Origin: Candidatus Geohabitans tengchongensis
Lineage (GTDB): Bacteria > Sysuimicrobiota > Sysuimicrobiia > Sysuimicrobiales > Humicultoraceae
Assembly: GCA_031459625.1 (NCBI GenBank)
Contig: JAVKIH010000001.1
Coordinates: forward strand, 117,187-181,186
Direction: 5' to 3'
Length of the DNA: 64,000 bases
The notes beneath the pieces were generated by a model, which was not told the origin of the DNA, did no database searches, and was given only the letters and a program-made list of their open reading frames with translations. Positions 9,053 to 17,086 of this stretch are shown here, in pieces. Numbering within the stretch: the first letter of the stretch is position 1; the number at the start of each line of letters is the position of its first letter. Both the position numbers and the translations under genes were made by a program.

Positions 9053-10617
9053 GCAGGCCGCCTCACCACGGGTTCTCGGACCGCGAGGAGCGCCTGCTCG
9101 CCTCGCTGTCGGCGGGCGGAACGGGCTTCTCCGCCTTGATCGGGGGGCTGCTGGCGGTGGTCGTCTGGGGCCTGGTGGCGTATGCCACGCAGCTGCGCCA
9201 CGGCCTGGGCGTCACCGGTCTGCGCGACCACGTCCTGTGGGGCGTCTACATCGCCAACTTCGTCTTCTTCATCGGCGTCAGCCACGTGGGCGCCCTGATG
9301 TCGGCCATCCTGCGTCTGACGGGCGCCGAGTGGCGGCGCCCCATCACCCGCATGGCGGAGGCCATCACCTTTGCCTCCCTCCTGATGGGAGCCCTGATGC
9401 CGGTGGTGGACATGGGGCGACCAGACCGGTTGCTGACCCTCATCGGGCATGGCCGACTGCAGTCCCCGATCCTGTGGGACATCCTGTCCATCACGACCTA
9501 CCTGACCGGCAGTACGCTCTTCCTCTACGTGCCCATGATCCCCGACCTCGCCCTCCTGCGCCACCGCTACGCCGGGGGCCCCGCCTGGCGCCGGCGGCTG
9601 TACACCCTCCTGAGCCTCGGGTGGCAGGACACCCCCGCCCAGCGCCACGCCCTGGAGACCATCATGCGGGTGCTGGCGGTGATGATCATCCCGATCGCCG
9701 TCTCCGTGCACACCGTCGTCTCCTGGATCTTCGGCATGACGCTGCGCGCAGGCTGGAACAGCACCATCTTCGGTCCCTACTTCGTCTCGGGGGCCCTGTT
9801 CAGCGGGGCCGCGGCGGTCGTGACAGCCATGGCGACGTTTCGGTGGGCCTACCACCTGGAGGACTACATCACCGAGGCGCACTTCCGGCGCATGGGCTAC
9901 TTGCTCATCGCGCTGGGGCTGGCGTACGGCTACTTCACGTTCGCGGAGTACCTGACGCCCGCCTACAAGATGGCGACCGCCGAGCGGGGGTACCTCACGG
10001 CCGTCTTCAGCGGTCCCTTGGCGCGGCTGTTCTGGTTCACGCAGCTGACTGGCATCTTGCTCCCGGTGCTCCTCCTCACCCTGCCGCGGATCGCCTGGGT
10101 GCCTCGGCTGCACAGGGTACCGCTGTTGCGACCGCGGCCGGCGCTGGCGGCAGCCGTCACGTACGCCGTCGCCACCGTGGTCCTGTCCGCCGCCGGCCCG
10201 CGCATGACGATGGCCCGCGTGAACCTGACCGCGCTGATCCCACCGTGGGCGCTGCCGGCGCTGGTCCTCTGGCTCTTCCTGGCCTGGCTCCCCGTCTTCC
10301 ACGTCCGGCCCATCGCGGCCGCCGTGGTCGCTTCGCTGCTGGTGAACGTCGGCGCATGGCTCAAGCGCTACCTCATCATCGTCCCGACGCTGCTCAACCC
10401 CTTCCTGCCCATCCAGCGTGCACCGACTGGGTGGGCCGCCTACCAGCCCACCTGGGTGGAGTGGTCGATCACGGCCGGCGCGCTGGCGGGTTTCGCGCTC
10501 ATCTACATCGGGTTCAGCAAGGTGTTCCCCATCATCCCCATCTGGGAGACGCGCCAGGAGCCCGCGCCGCTCCGCCCGGCCGGCCAGGAGGGGGTCCCCG
10601 GTGTCCCGGCGCTTTAG
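9049..10617 (+). CDS. NrfD/PsrC-family polytopic membrane quinol-interacting subunit
   Basis: 522-aa highly hydrophobic protein with ~10 predicted TM segments. NrfD-like N-terminal region (GLRDHVLWGVYIANFVFFIGVSHVGALMSAILRLTGAEWRRPITRMAEA). ATGA overlap with the upstream gene. Confidence 0.85.
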   Translation: MSRPPHHGFSDREERLLASLSAGGTGFSALIGGLLAVVVWGLVAYATQLRHGLGVTGLRDHVLWGVYIANFVFFIGVSHVGALMSAILRLTGAEWRRPITRMAEAITFASLLMGALMPVVDMGRPDRLLTLIGHGRLQSPILWDILSITTYLTGSTLFLYVPMIPDLALLRHRYAGGPAWRRRLYTLLSLGWQDTPAQRHALETIMRVLAVMIIPIAVSVHTVVSWIFGMTLRAGWNSTIFGPYFVSGALFSGAAAVVTAMATFRWAYHLEDYITEAHFRRMGYLLIALGLAYGYFTFAEYLTPAYKMATAERGYLTAVFSGPLARLFWFTQLTGILLPVLLLTLPRIAWVPRLHRVPLLRPRPALAAAVTYAVATVVLSAAGPRMTMARVNLTALIPPWALPALVLWLFLAWLPVFHVRPIAAAVVASLLVNVGAWLKRYLIIVPTLLNPFLPIQRAPTGWAAYQPTWVEWSITAGALAGFALIYIGFSKVFPIIPIWETRQEPAPLRPAGQEGVPGVPAL

Positions 10618-11254
10618 CGCTAGCGCGCTGATCGCCGGCCCGGGGGGGGTCTGGCTGGGCCTGGCGGTGGCGGCGCTGTTCGCCTGCCCGGCGTGGGCCG
10701 CCGAGCCGGCCCGCATCACCCTGGAGGTGGCGGGCCTCGAGGACGCGCGGTGGATCATGGCCGTGGTCACCGACGCGACAGGCGCGCCGGTGCCCGAGGC
10801 GCTCATCGTGTTCAAGGCCCGCACGACCTTCGGCTGGCTCCTCCTGGAGGAGCGATCGACGGACGCCGCCGGCCGGGCGCGGATGGGCCTTCCCGCCGGC
10901 GTGCGGGCGACGGCGATCCGAGCGGAGAGCGCGGACATCGGGCAGGTGCACGCGACCGTGCGCGTGGGTGGACCGTCCCCGGCCACTCCGCGGGTGCGAC
11001 CGGACCGCGACGTGCTCAGGGCCCTGAGCCCGCAGCCGGGCGTGATCAGTCCCTATCCCGTGCCGGCGCAGGTGGCGCTGCTCGCGGCGGTCCTGGGCGG
11101 GATCTGGGCGACGTATGGGTATGTGGCCTGGCTCCTGTGGCGCATCCGCACGTCCGGTCGGTCGCAGGGCGTGAGGGCGCCGGCGTCCCCGGAGCGGGAA
11201 CCGCTCACTGCTCGGCTTGGGTGGCCTCCAGGAAGGCGTGCAGGGCTGTCGTGA
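10601..11254 (+). CDS. hypothetical secreted/membrane-anchored beta-sandwich (carboxypeptidase-regulatory-like) protein
   Basis: GTG start overlaps the NrfD-like stop. N-terminal signal peptide. The pattern 'ITLEVAGLEDARWIMAVVTDATGAPVPEALIVF…TDAAGRARMGLPAGV' resembles CarboxypepD_reg/prealbumin-like folds. C-terminal TM helix. Confidence 0.5.
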   Translation: MSRRFSASALIAGPGGVWLGLAVAALFACPAWAAEPARITLEVAGLEDARWIMAVVTDATGAPVPEALIVFKARTTFGWLLLEERSTDAAGRARMGLPAGVRATAIRAESADIGQVHATVRVGGPSPATPRVRPDRDVLRALSPQPGVISPYPVPAQVALLAAVLGGIWATYGYVAWLLWRIRTSGRSQGVRAPASPEREPLTARLGWPPGRRAGLS

Positions 11255-11999
11255 ACGCTTCCGGCGTCTCCAGGTTGCTCAGGTGGCCCGCCTCCGGCAG
11301 CACGATCAGCCGGCTGTTCGGGATGGCTGCGGCCATGGCCCGCGCGACCTCCGGCGGGGTGACCGAGTCCTCCTCCCCGACGAGGACCAGGGTGGGCACG
11401 GTGATCTGGGACAGGAGGGGACGGCTGTCGGGACGGGCCGCCAGCGCCCGCAGGGTGGCCGCCAGCGCCCGCGGATCCGCCGTCGCCGCCAGTGCCTCCA
11501 CGGTGGCGACGACGTGAGGACGGCGGGCGCGGGTCGTAGGACCCACCAGCCCGCCGACGAAGTCGCGCAGGGCCTCGCACCCCTCCTGCGCGACGCGCGC
11601 GGCCAGCGCCAGGCGGCGCGCCCGGCCCTCCTCCGTGTCCGGCTCGGCTCGCGTGTCGGCAAGGACGAGCCGGGTGGCGAAGGTCGGCGCCTGCTCCAGC
11701 AGCCGGAAGGCCACGTAGCCGCCCATGGAGAGACCGATCACGGTGGCCCGGGCGATGCCCAGTGACGCTGCCAGCGCCCTCACGTCGGCGGCGAGCTGCG
11801 CCAGCGTCACCTGGTCGCTGACGGAGGACTCCCCGAAGCCGCGCAAGTCCACGGTGAGCACCTGAAACCGGTCGCGCAGTCCGGCGACCTGGGGCCGCCA
11901 CATGCCCCGGTGGAGGGGGAAGCCGTGCAGGAAAAGGAGGGGCTCGCCGCTCCCCTCCAGGTCGTAGCCCAGCGTCACCCCGTCCACGGTGCGTCGCAT
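11205..11999 (-). CDS. alpha/beta hydrolase fold protein
   Basis: 264 aa. HGFPLHRGMW and the nucleophile elbow GLSMGG are present, with a catalytic His near the C-terminus. Confidence 0.85.
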   Translation of the reverse strand: MRRTVDGVTLGYDLEGSGEPLLFLHGFPLHRGMWRPQVAGLRDRFQVLTVDLRGFGESSVSDQVTLAQLAADVRALAASLGIARATVIGLSMGGYVAFRLLEQAPTFATRLVLADTRAEPDTEEGRARRLALAARVAQEGCEALRDFVGGLVGPTTRARRPHVVATVEALAATADPRALAATLRALAARPDSRPLLSQITVPTLVLVGEEDSVTPPEVARAMAAAIPNSRLIVLPEAGHLSNLETPEAFTTALHAFLEATQAEQ

Positions 12000-12052
12000 C
12001 GTGCCCTCCTCCTCGGGCGGGCTGCCGGCATGCCCTTGCTATCATACAGACC

Positions 12053-12619
12053 GTGCGGATCCTGGCCTGTGCCGACCTCCACGGACGGCCGGCTCGCGTG
12101 GCGCGGGTCCGGGCGCTGGTCGCCGAGCACCGCCCCGATGTCCTCTGTCTGGCGGGAGACCTGACGCACGCTGGCAGCGGCTCCGGGGCCCTCCAGCTGC
12201 TGGAGACCCTGGACGTGCCCATCGTGGCCGTGTCGGGGAACATGGACGACGCCCACACCGTGGAGGCGATGCGGCGGCGCGGGGTCCTCCTCGGCGACTC
12301 CCCCCGGGTCATCGGTGGGGTGACCTTCGCCGGCCCCGAGGTGGCCGGGCCCTGCGACGTGCTGGTGACGCACGAGCCTCCCGCCGGCGTGCTGGACCGC
12401 GTGGGCACCGGCCGGCACATCGGCTCCCCGGCGGTGCGCGCGCTGATCGAGCGCTGGCAACCGCGGCTGCACGTCTGCGGCCACGTCCACGAGTCGCCGG
12501 GCGTGGTCCGCCTGGGCGCCACGACGGTCGTGAACTGCACGCTGGGCCGCGACGAGATCGCCGGCGCCTTGGCCGTCCTCGAGGGCGAAGCGCTGGACGT
12601 GCGCCTCCTCCCCCCGTAA
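12053..12619 (+). CDS. metallophosphoesterase (calcineurin-like)
   Basis: Motifs ACADLHG…GDLTH…GNMD…VTHEPP…CGHVHE. GTG start. Confidence 0.8.
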   Translation: MRILACADLHGRPARVARVRALVAEHRPDVLCLAGDLTHAGSGSGALQLLETLDVPIVAVSGNMDDAHTVEAMRRRGVLLGDSPRVIGGVTFAGPEVAGPCDVLVTHEPPAGVLDRVGTGRHIGSPAVRALIERWQPRLHVCGHVHESPGVVRLGATTVVNCTLGRDEIAGALAVLEGEALDVRLLPP

Positions 12620-12789
12620 CTACTCCGCTCCCCATCGGTGGGTGGGCCCGGTCGTCGGACTGCAGGCCCGCCGCCCACCGCCCTGGTGCGGCCGTTCGTG
12701 CTCCCTTCCGGCTAGTTGTGCGTCACAGTGAGACCGCGGAGAGCGGGCGGTGCAAGCATGGCCTCACACCGACGAGAGGTCAACCAGCC

Positions 12790-13503
12790 GTGGGAGAGCC
12801 GGGGAGGGACGCGCGGAGCGGCGCGGGCCAACAGACGCTCCCGGCGGCGGAGACGCTGCTGCCGCTCGTCCGGGGGATTGCCCGGGGCGTGGCGCAGGCG
12901 TTGCCGCCGTCGGTGGAGGTGGACGACCTCGTACACGACGGGGTCGTGGGGTTGCTCGAGGCGATCGGGCGGTTCGACCCGTCGCGCGGCGTGGACTTCA
13001 GCACCTACGCCACCTACCGCATTCGGGGAGCCATCCTCGACGGCCTGCGCGGGCGCGACCCGCTCCCCCGCAGCCTGCGCCGCCAGCTGGGCGCGGCGCC
13101 CCGCGCATCGGCCCCGCTGGCCGTCGTGCCGCTGAAGGTCGTCCCACTGGATGCGGCCCTCGTCCTCGCCGGCGACGACGGGCAGCCCGAGGAGGCCCTG
13201 CTGGCCGAGGAGTTGCGGGCCGAGGTGGAGCGAGCCCTGCGCGCCCTCCCCCCGCGCCACCGGCGGCTCCTGGCCCTGCGCTTCGGCCGGGGGCTGCGCC
13301 TGCGGGAGGTGGCCGCCTGCTTCGGGATCTCCATGACGCGCGCAGCGGAGCTCCAGGAGCGGGCCATCCGCCGGCTGCGCACAGCCCTGGCGGTGGAACA
13401 CCCCGACGGGCTCTCCCCGAACGGCAAGCCGCGGCGGCGCCGTCCTGCAGCCAACGCCGCTCCGAGCGTCCCGCCGGGCGAGCCAGCCACGGTTTCCAGG
13501 TGA
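12790..13503 (+). CDS. RNA polymerase sigma factor, sigma-28 (FliA/WhiG/SigD) family
   Basis: Region 2 (DDLVHDGVVGLLEAIGRFDPSRGVDFSTYATYRIRGAILDGLRGRDPLPRSLRR) is near-identical in pattern to FliA. Region 4 HTH is LALRFGRGLRLREVAACFGISMTRAAELQERAIRRLR. Start is inferred (GTG 12790; GTG 12718 is possible). Confidence 0.75.
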   Translation: MGEPGRDARSGAGQQTLPAAETLLPLVRGIARGVAQALPPSVEVDDLVHDGVVGLLEAIGRFDPSRGVDFSTYATYRIRGAILDGLRGRDPLPRSLRRQLGAAPRASAPLAVVPLKVVPLDAALVLAGDDGQPEEALLAEELRAEVERALRALPPRHRRLLALRFGRGLRLREVAACFGISMTRAAELQERAIRRLRTALAVEHPDGLSPNGKPRRRRPAANAAPSVPPGEPATVSR

Positions 13504-13519
13504 CCGCCTGGAGGGCATA

Positions 13520-14323
13520 GTGGCCCGCCAGGGTTGGGGAGGGAGCATGGCCGGGCGCGAGGGAGGCGTGTGGTCTGCTCCGGATGCCGTGGCCGCGGTG
13601 GAGCAGATCCACGCCCACTTTCTCTGCAACGCCCTCACCGCGGTCCAGCTCTGGGTGGGGACACACCCCCGCCTCGCCGAGCAGCTCATCGGGTTGCTGG
13701 CCGGATACGTGCAGGCCCGGCTCACCCCGGCCACGGTCGTCCCGCTGCGGCACGAGCTCGAGGTCGTGCTCACCTACCTGGCCCTCGAGCGGGTGCGACT
13801 GGGACCACGTCTGCGCACCCGGCTGGCCATCGCCCCCGAGACGCTGACGGCCGCCATCCCGCCGCTCGTCCTCCAGCCGCTGGTCGAGAACGCGGTGATC
13901 CACGGGGTGAGCGCCCGGCCGCTGGGCGGCACGGTGGAGGTGCACGCCTGCCGGCGGCGAGATCGGCTGCTCCTCCTGGTGGCCGACGACGGGCTCCCGG
14001 TGGCCGCCGACGGGAGGGTCGCCGACGGGCATCGAGCGCAGCGGGCGTGGCTCGGCGGAGGGCGATCACGACCCGGCCCGGGGCTGGCGCTGCGCAACGT
14101 GCGCCGCCGGCTGCACCTGGCGTACGGTCGGCAGGGAGCGGTGCGCGTGGTGCGCCGCCTCGGACGCGGGTGGCTGGCGGTGGCGAGCCTGCCCTTTGAG
14201 GAGGCCGGAGAGACGGAGGCGACCGCAGAGACGGTGGGACCGCCGGCGTGGCCGGAGGAGCGCGGGCAGCGTGCGGAGCAGGGGCACGGAGGGGCGGATG
14301 CGGGCCCTCGTGGTGGACGATGA
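13520..14323 (+). CDS. LytS/YehU-type histidine kinase core (His_kinase + HATPase_c), cytoplasmic, no membrane sensor domain
   Basis: H-box 'QIHAHFLCNALTAV' and ATPase motifs (LVLQPLVENAVIHG…). No hydrophobic segments. ~267 aa. Confidence 0.7.
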   Translation: MARQGWGGSMAGREGGVWSAPDAVAAVEQIHAHFLCNALTAVQLWVGTHPRLAEQLIGLLAGYVQARLTPATVVPLRHELEVVLTYLALERVRLGPRLRTRLAIAPETLTAAIPPLVLQPLVENAVIHGVSARPLGGTVEVHACRRRDRLLLLVADDGLPVAADGRVADGHRAQRAWLGGGRSRPGPGLALRNVRRRLHLAYGRQGAVRVVRRLGRGWLAVASLPFEEAGETEATAETVGPPAWPEERGQRAEQGHGGADAGPRGGR

Positions 14324-15008
14324 GGCAGCGGGGCGCCGGCTGCTCGGCCGGCTGCTCCGCGATCTGGGGCACGCGGTCGTGGCCGAGGCCAGCACCGGCG
14401 CGGAGGCACTGGCCGTGCTGGCGCACCGGACGGTCGATGCCGCCTTCCTCGACATCCGGCTCCCGGACCTGGACGGGCTGGCGGTGGGGGATCGGTGCCG
14501 GCGGGCCGGGATCCCGGTCGTCTTCGTCACCGGGTTTCCGGACTACGCGCTCCCCGCCTACGACGTGGCGGCGGTCGACTACCTGGTGAAACCACCGACC
14601 CTCGACCGGCTGGGGCGGGCCCTGGCTCGCCTGCGCGCGGCCGGGGAACAGACAGCGTCCCAGGGCGGGGCCCCGGACCGGCTGTGCCTGCGCGTGGATG
14701 GCGAGCACCGCCTCATCGCGGTGCGCCACGTGCTGGCGGTGCGGGCCGACGGTGCCGTGGTCACCCTGTGGCTTGAGGAGGGGTCGCTGCGGGCCCGGGT
14801 CCCGCTCGGGCGCCTGGAGCAGCTGCTCGTGCCCCACGGCTTCTTCCGCTGCCACCGCGCCTACCTGGTGAACCTGCGCCGGGTGCGGCGGATCGTCGCC
14901 TGGTCGCGCGAGGCCCACAGCCTCCTGCTCGACGACGCACAGGAAACCCTCATCCCCCTGGCCAAATCCCGCAGGCGGGCGCTGCGCGCGTTGCTCCTCT
15001 GGCCTTAG
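14298..15008 (+). CDS. response regulator, LytTR family
   Basis: Receiver domain (MRALVVDDEAAGRRLL…DAAFLDIRLPDLDGL) plus a LytTR DNA-binding domain (…RLIAVRHVLAVRADGAVVTLWLEEGSLRARVPLGRLEQLL…FFRCHRAYLVNLRRV). Overlaps the kinase gene. Confidence 0.85.
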   Translation: MRALVVDDEAAGRRLLGRLLRDLGHAVVAEASTGAEALAVLAHRTVDAAFLDIRLPDLDGLAVGDRCRRAGIPVVFVTGFPDYALPAYDVAAVDYLVKPPTLDRLGRALARLRAAGEQTASQGGAPDRLCLRVDGEHRLIAVRHVLAVRADGAVVTLWLEEGSLRARVPLGRLEQLLVPHGFFRCHRAYLVNLRRVRRIVAWSREAHSLLLDDAQETLIPLAKSRRRALRALLLWP

Positions 15009-15108
15009 ACTGCCCGGGGCGCCGGCGCAGGGTCCCCTCTGCGGCGTGCCCGCGCGCGGTCCACGCCGGAGGTCTCGGGCAGGCCGGTTCACCGGTGGGG
15101 AGGCAGGG

Positions 15109-15897
15109 ATGGACCTGGGGATCCGGGGACGGGTGGCGCTGGTCACCGGCGCGAGCCGCGGCCTGGGACGGGCCGTGGCGGTGGCGCTGGGGCGGGAGGG
15201 CGCGCGAGTGGCTCTGGCCGCACGCTCGGCCGAGGCGCTGCGGGCAGCGGTGGCCGAGGTGCGCGGCGTCGGCGGCGAGGCGGTGGACATCGTCGCGGAC
15301 GTGGCCACCGCGGAAGGGGCCACCCGGGCCGCGGAGGAGGCGGCGCGGCTGGGCCCCGTGGAGATCCTGGTGGCCAATGCCGGCGGCCCGCCCGCGGGAG
15401 CCTTCCTCGAGGTGGACGACGCGGCGTGGGAGGAGGCCGTCCGCCTCACCCTGCTCAGCGTCGTGCGCCTCTGCCGCGCCGTCATCCCGGGGATGCGTCA
15501 GCGACGGTGGGGGCGGATCATCGCCGTGACTTCCTACGTGATGAAGCAGCCCCTGCGCGGCCTCGTCCTGAGCAACAGCGTGCGCCTGGCCGTGGCGGGC
15601 CTGACGAAGACGCTGGCCGACGAGCTGGGTCCCCACAACATCCTGGTGAACACCGTCTGTCCAGGCCCGATCGCCACCGACCGGCTGGTAGCCCTCACCC
15701 GCACGATGGCGGCGCGCCAGGGGATCTCCGAGGAAGAGGCAACGCAGCGCCTGTGGACCGACGACCTCCCACTAGGACGGCTGGGGCGGCCGGAGGAGTT
15801 CGCCGCGGTGGTGGCCTTCCTGGCCTCGGAGCAGGCCAGCTTCGTCACGGGGACGGTGATCCAGGTGGATGGCGGCAAGATCCGGGGGGTGCTGTGA
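15109..15897 (+). CDS. SDR-family oxidoreductase
   Basis: TGASRGLG Rossmann motif. Classical SDR layout. ATG is preceded by GGGGAGG. Confidence 0.85.
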   Translation: MDLGIRGRVALVTGASRGLGRAVAVALGREGARVALAARSAEALRAAVAEVRGVGGEAVDIVADVATAEGATRAAEEAARLGPVEILVANAGGPPAGAFLEVDDAAWEEAVRLTLLSVVRLCRAVIPGMRQRRWGRIIAVTSYVMKQPLRGLVLSNSVRLAVAGLTKTLADELGPHNILVNTVCPGPIATDRLVALTRTMAARQGISEEEATQRLWTDDLPLGRLGRPEEFAAVVAFLASEQASFVTGTVIQVDGGKIRGVL

Positions 15898-15946
15898 GCG
15901 GCCGCGCCCCGGGGGTGCCGGACGGCCGTGGGGCCGCGCGCGTGCG

Positions 15947-16630
15947 GTGTGGCGGTGGGCGGGTGGGCTGCTCCTCCTGGCCACCGTGGGGGTGCTGGCC
16001 GCCCCGGTCCTGGCCCGGGAGGCGATCGCCTTCCGCGCCGACGACGGGGTGCTCCTCCGCGGCCATGCCTTCGGCACGGGGTGGGGTGTCGTGATCTTCT
16101 CCCACATGTACGGCACCGACCAGCGCATCTGGTTCGACCTGGCCGAAGCGGCCGCACGGCGCGGGCTCACCGCCGTGACCTACGACTACCGGGGGATTGG
16201 CCGGTCGGCGGGCCGCTTCGTCATCGCCCAGACCTGGCGCGACGCGGTGGCGGCGGTCGACCTGGTCCGGCGGCGGGGCTCGGACCGCCCGGTGGTCCTG
16301 GTGGGCGCGAGCATGGGCGGGACGGTCTCGCTGCGCGCGGCCGCGGAGCGGCCGGTGCAGGGGGTCGTCGTGGTGGCGAGCGGCATGCGCTTCCGGGGCC
16401 TGGACGTGCGGCCGCACCTAGCGGCGCTGCGCGCGCCCAAGCTCTTCATCGCCGGCAGCCGGGACGAGCCCTTCGCCACCAGCGTGCGCACGATGTACGC
16501 GCGCACGCCGCCGCCCAAGGCGCTGCGCCTCTACCCGACCGCCGCCCACGGGACCGACCTCTTCGGGACACGCCACGGGCCGGCGGTGCGGCGGGAGATC
16601 CTGGCGTTCGTGGTCCGCCACGCGCGGTAG
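15947..16630 (+). CDS. secreted alpha/beta hydrolase (dienelactone hydrolase/BAAT-like)
   Basis: Signal-peptide-like N-terminus. GASMGG nucleophile elbow. GTG start inferred. Confidence 0.7.
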   Translation: MWRWAGGLLLLATVGVLAAPVLAREAIAFRADDGVLLRGHAFGTGWGVVIFSHMYGTDQRIWFDLAEAAARRGLTAVTYDYRGIGRSAGRFVIAQTWRDAVAAVDLVRRRGSDRPVVLVGASMGGTVSLRAAAERPVQGVVVVASGMRFRGLDVRPHLAALRAPKLFIAGSRDEPFATSVRTMYARTPPPKALRLYPTAAHGTDLFGTRHGPAVRREILAFVVRHAR

Positions 16631-16660
16631 CCGGTCCGCCCGGAGGCCGGGCGGCCCGTC
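16631..16660 (+). terminator. putative GC-rich hairpin (CCGCCCGG-agg-CCGGGCGG) after the hydrolase gene
   Basis: Read from the sequence. 8-bp stem with no U-tract, as expected in high-GC taxa. Confidence 0.25.
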
Positions 16661-16763
16661 ACGGGTTCAGAGCCAGCCTGTCGCGGGTTCAGGGGCAGCC
16701 CGGCGGGCGTGGCGTCGGCGACTGTCACGGCCGGTGTCATGGGCAGCCTCCACGCGGCGTCGA

Positions 16764-16772
16764 TGGTATACT
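16764..16772 (+). promoter_or_regulatory. extended -10 promoter element (TGgTATACT) for tRNA-Glu
   Basis: TGnTATACT lies ~20 nt upstream of the tRNA 5' end. The -35 element is weak. Confidence 0.35.
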
Positions 16773-16794
16773 GAGAAGCGCGTCCTGTTGCTTG

Positions 16795-16872
16795 GCCCCC
16801 ATCGTCTAGCCAGGCCTAGGACCCCGGTCTTTCAAGCCGGTAACGCGGGTTCGAATCCCGCTGGGGGCACCA
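16795..16872 (+). tRNA. tRNA-Glu (anticodon UUC)
   Basis: Cloverleaf built by hand. Acceptor stem GCCCCCA/TGGGGGC, anticodon loop CTTTCAA, T-loop GGTTCGAATCC, encoded CCA. Confidence 0.85.
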
Positions 16873-16914
16873 TGGTCCGGCTGCGCATCGCTCCCATCCC
16901 TCGCGGGCCCCGTC

Positions 16915-16944
16915 ATTGTCAATGCCCGCCCGTTCCCTCTATAC
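16915..16944 (+). promoter_or_regulatory. sigma70-like promoter (TTGTCA-18-TATACT) followed by an A-rich tract, upstream of the sugar ABC operon
   Basis: AT-rich island in a ~72% GC background, read from the sequence. Confidence 0.4.
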
Positions 16945-17086
16945 TTGCTAAAAAATCCCGTTGTGTCGGGTTTGTCAGGCGACTTGGCGCTGCGGGCCGC
17001 GGCCGTCGGGAGGGGCGGTCCCGACGGCCTGCGGTCCTGGGGAGCATCTGCGGTCCACACCGATGGATCGAGGAGGTGGGCGGGGA

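Noticed and set aside
8944-10986. 680-aa minus-strand ORF
   Set aside because: Antisense to the NrfD-like gene. Low-complexity, with no motifs.
11989-13503. 504-aa ORF spanning the phosphoesterase antisense region and the sigma factor
   Set aside because: Only the 3' ~240 codons carry sigma-70 regions 2-4. The upstream part overlaps the phosphoesterase gene in another frame and is low-complexity.
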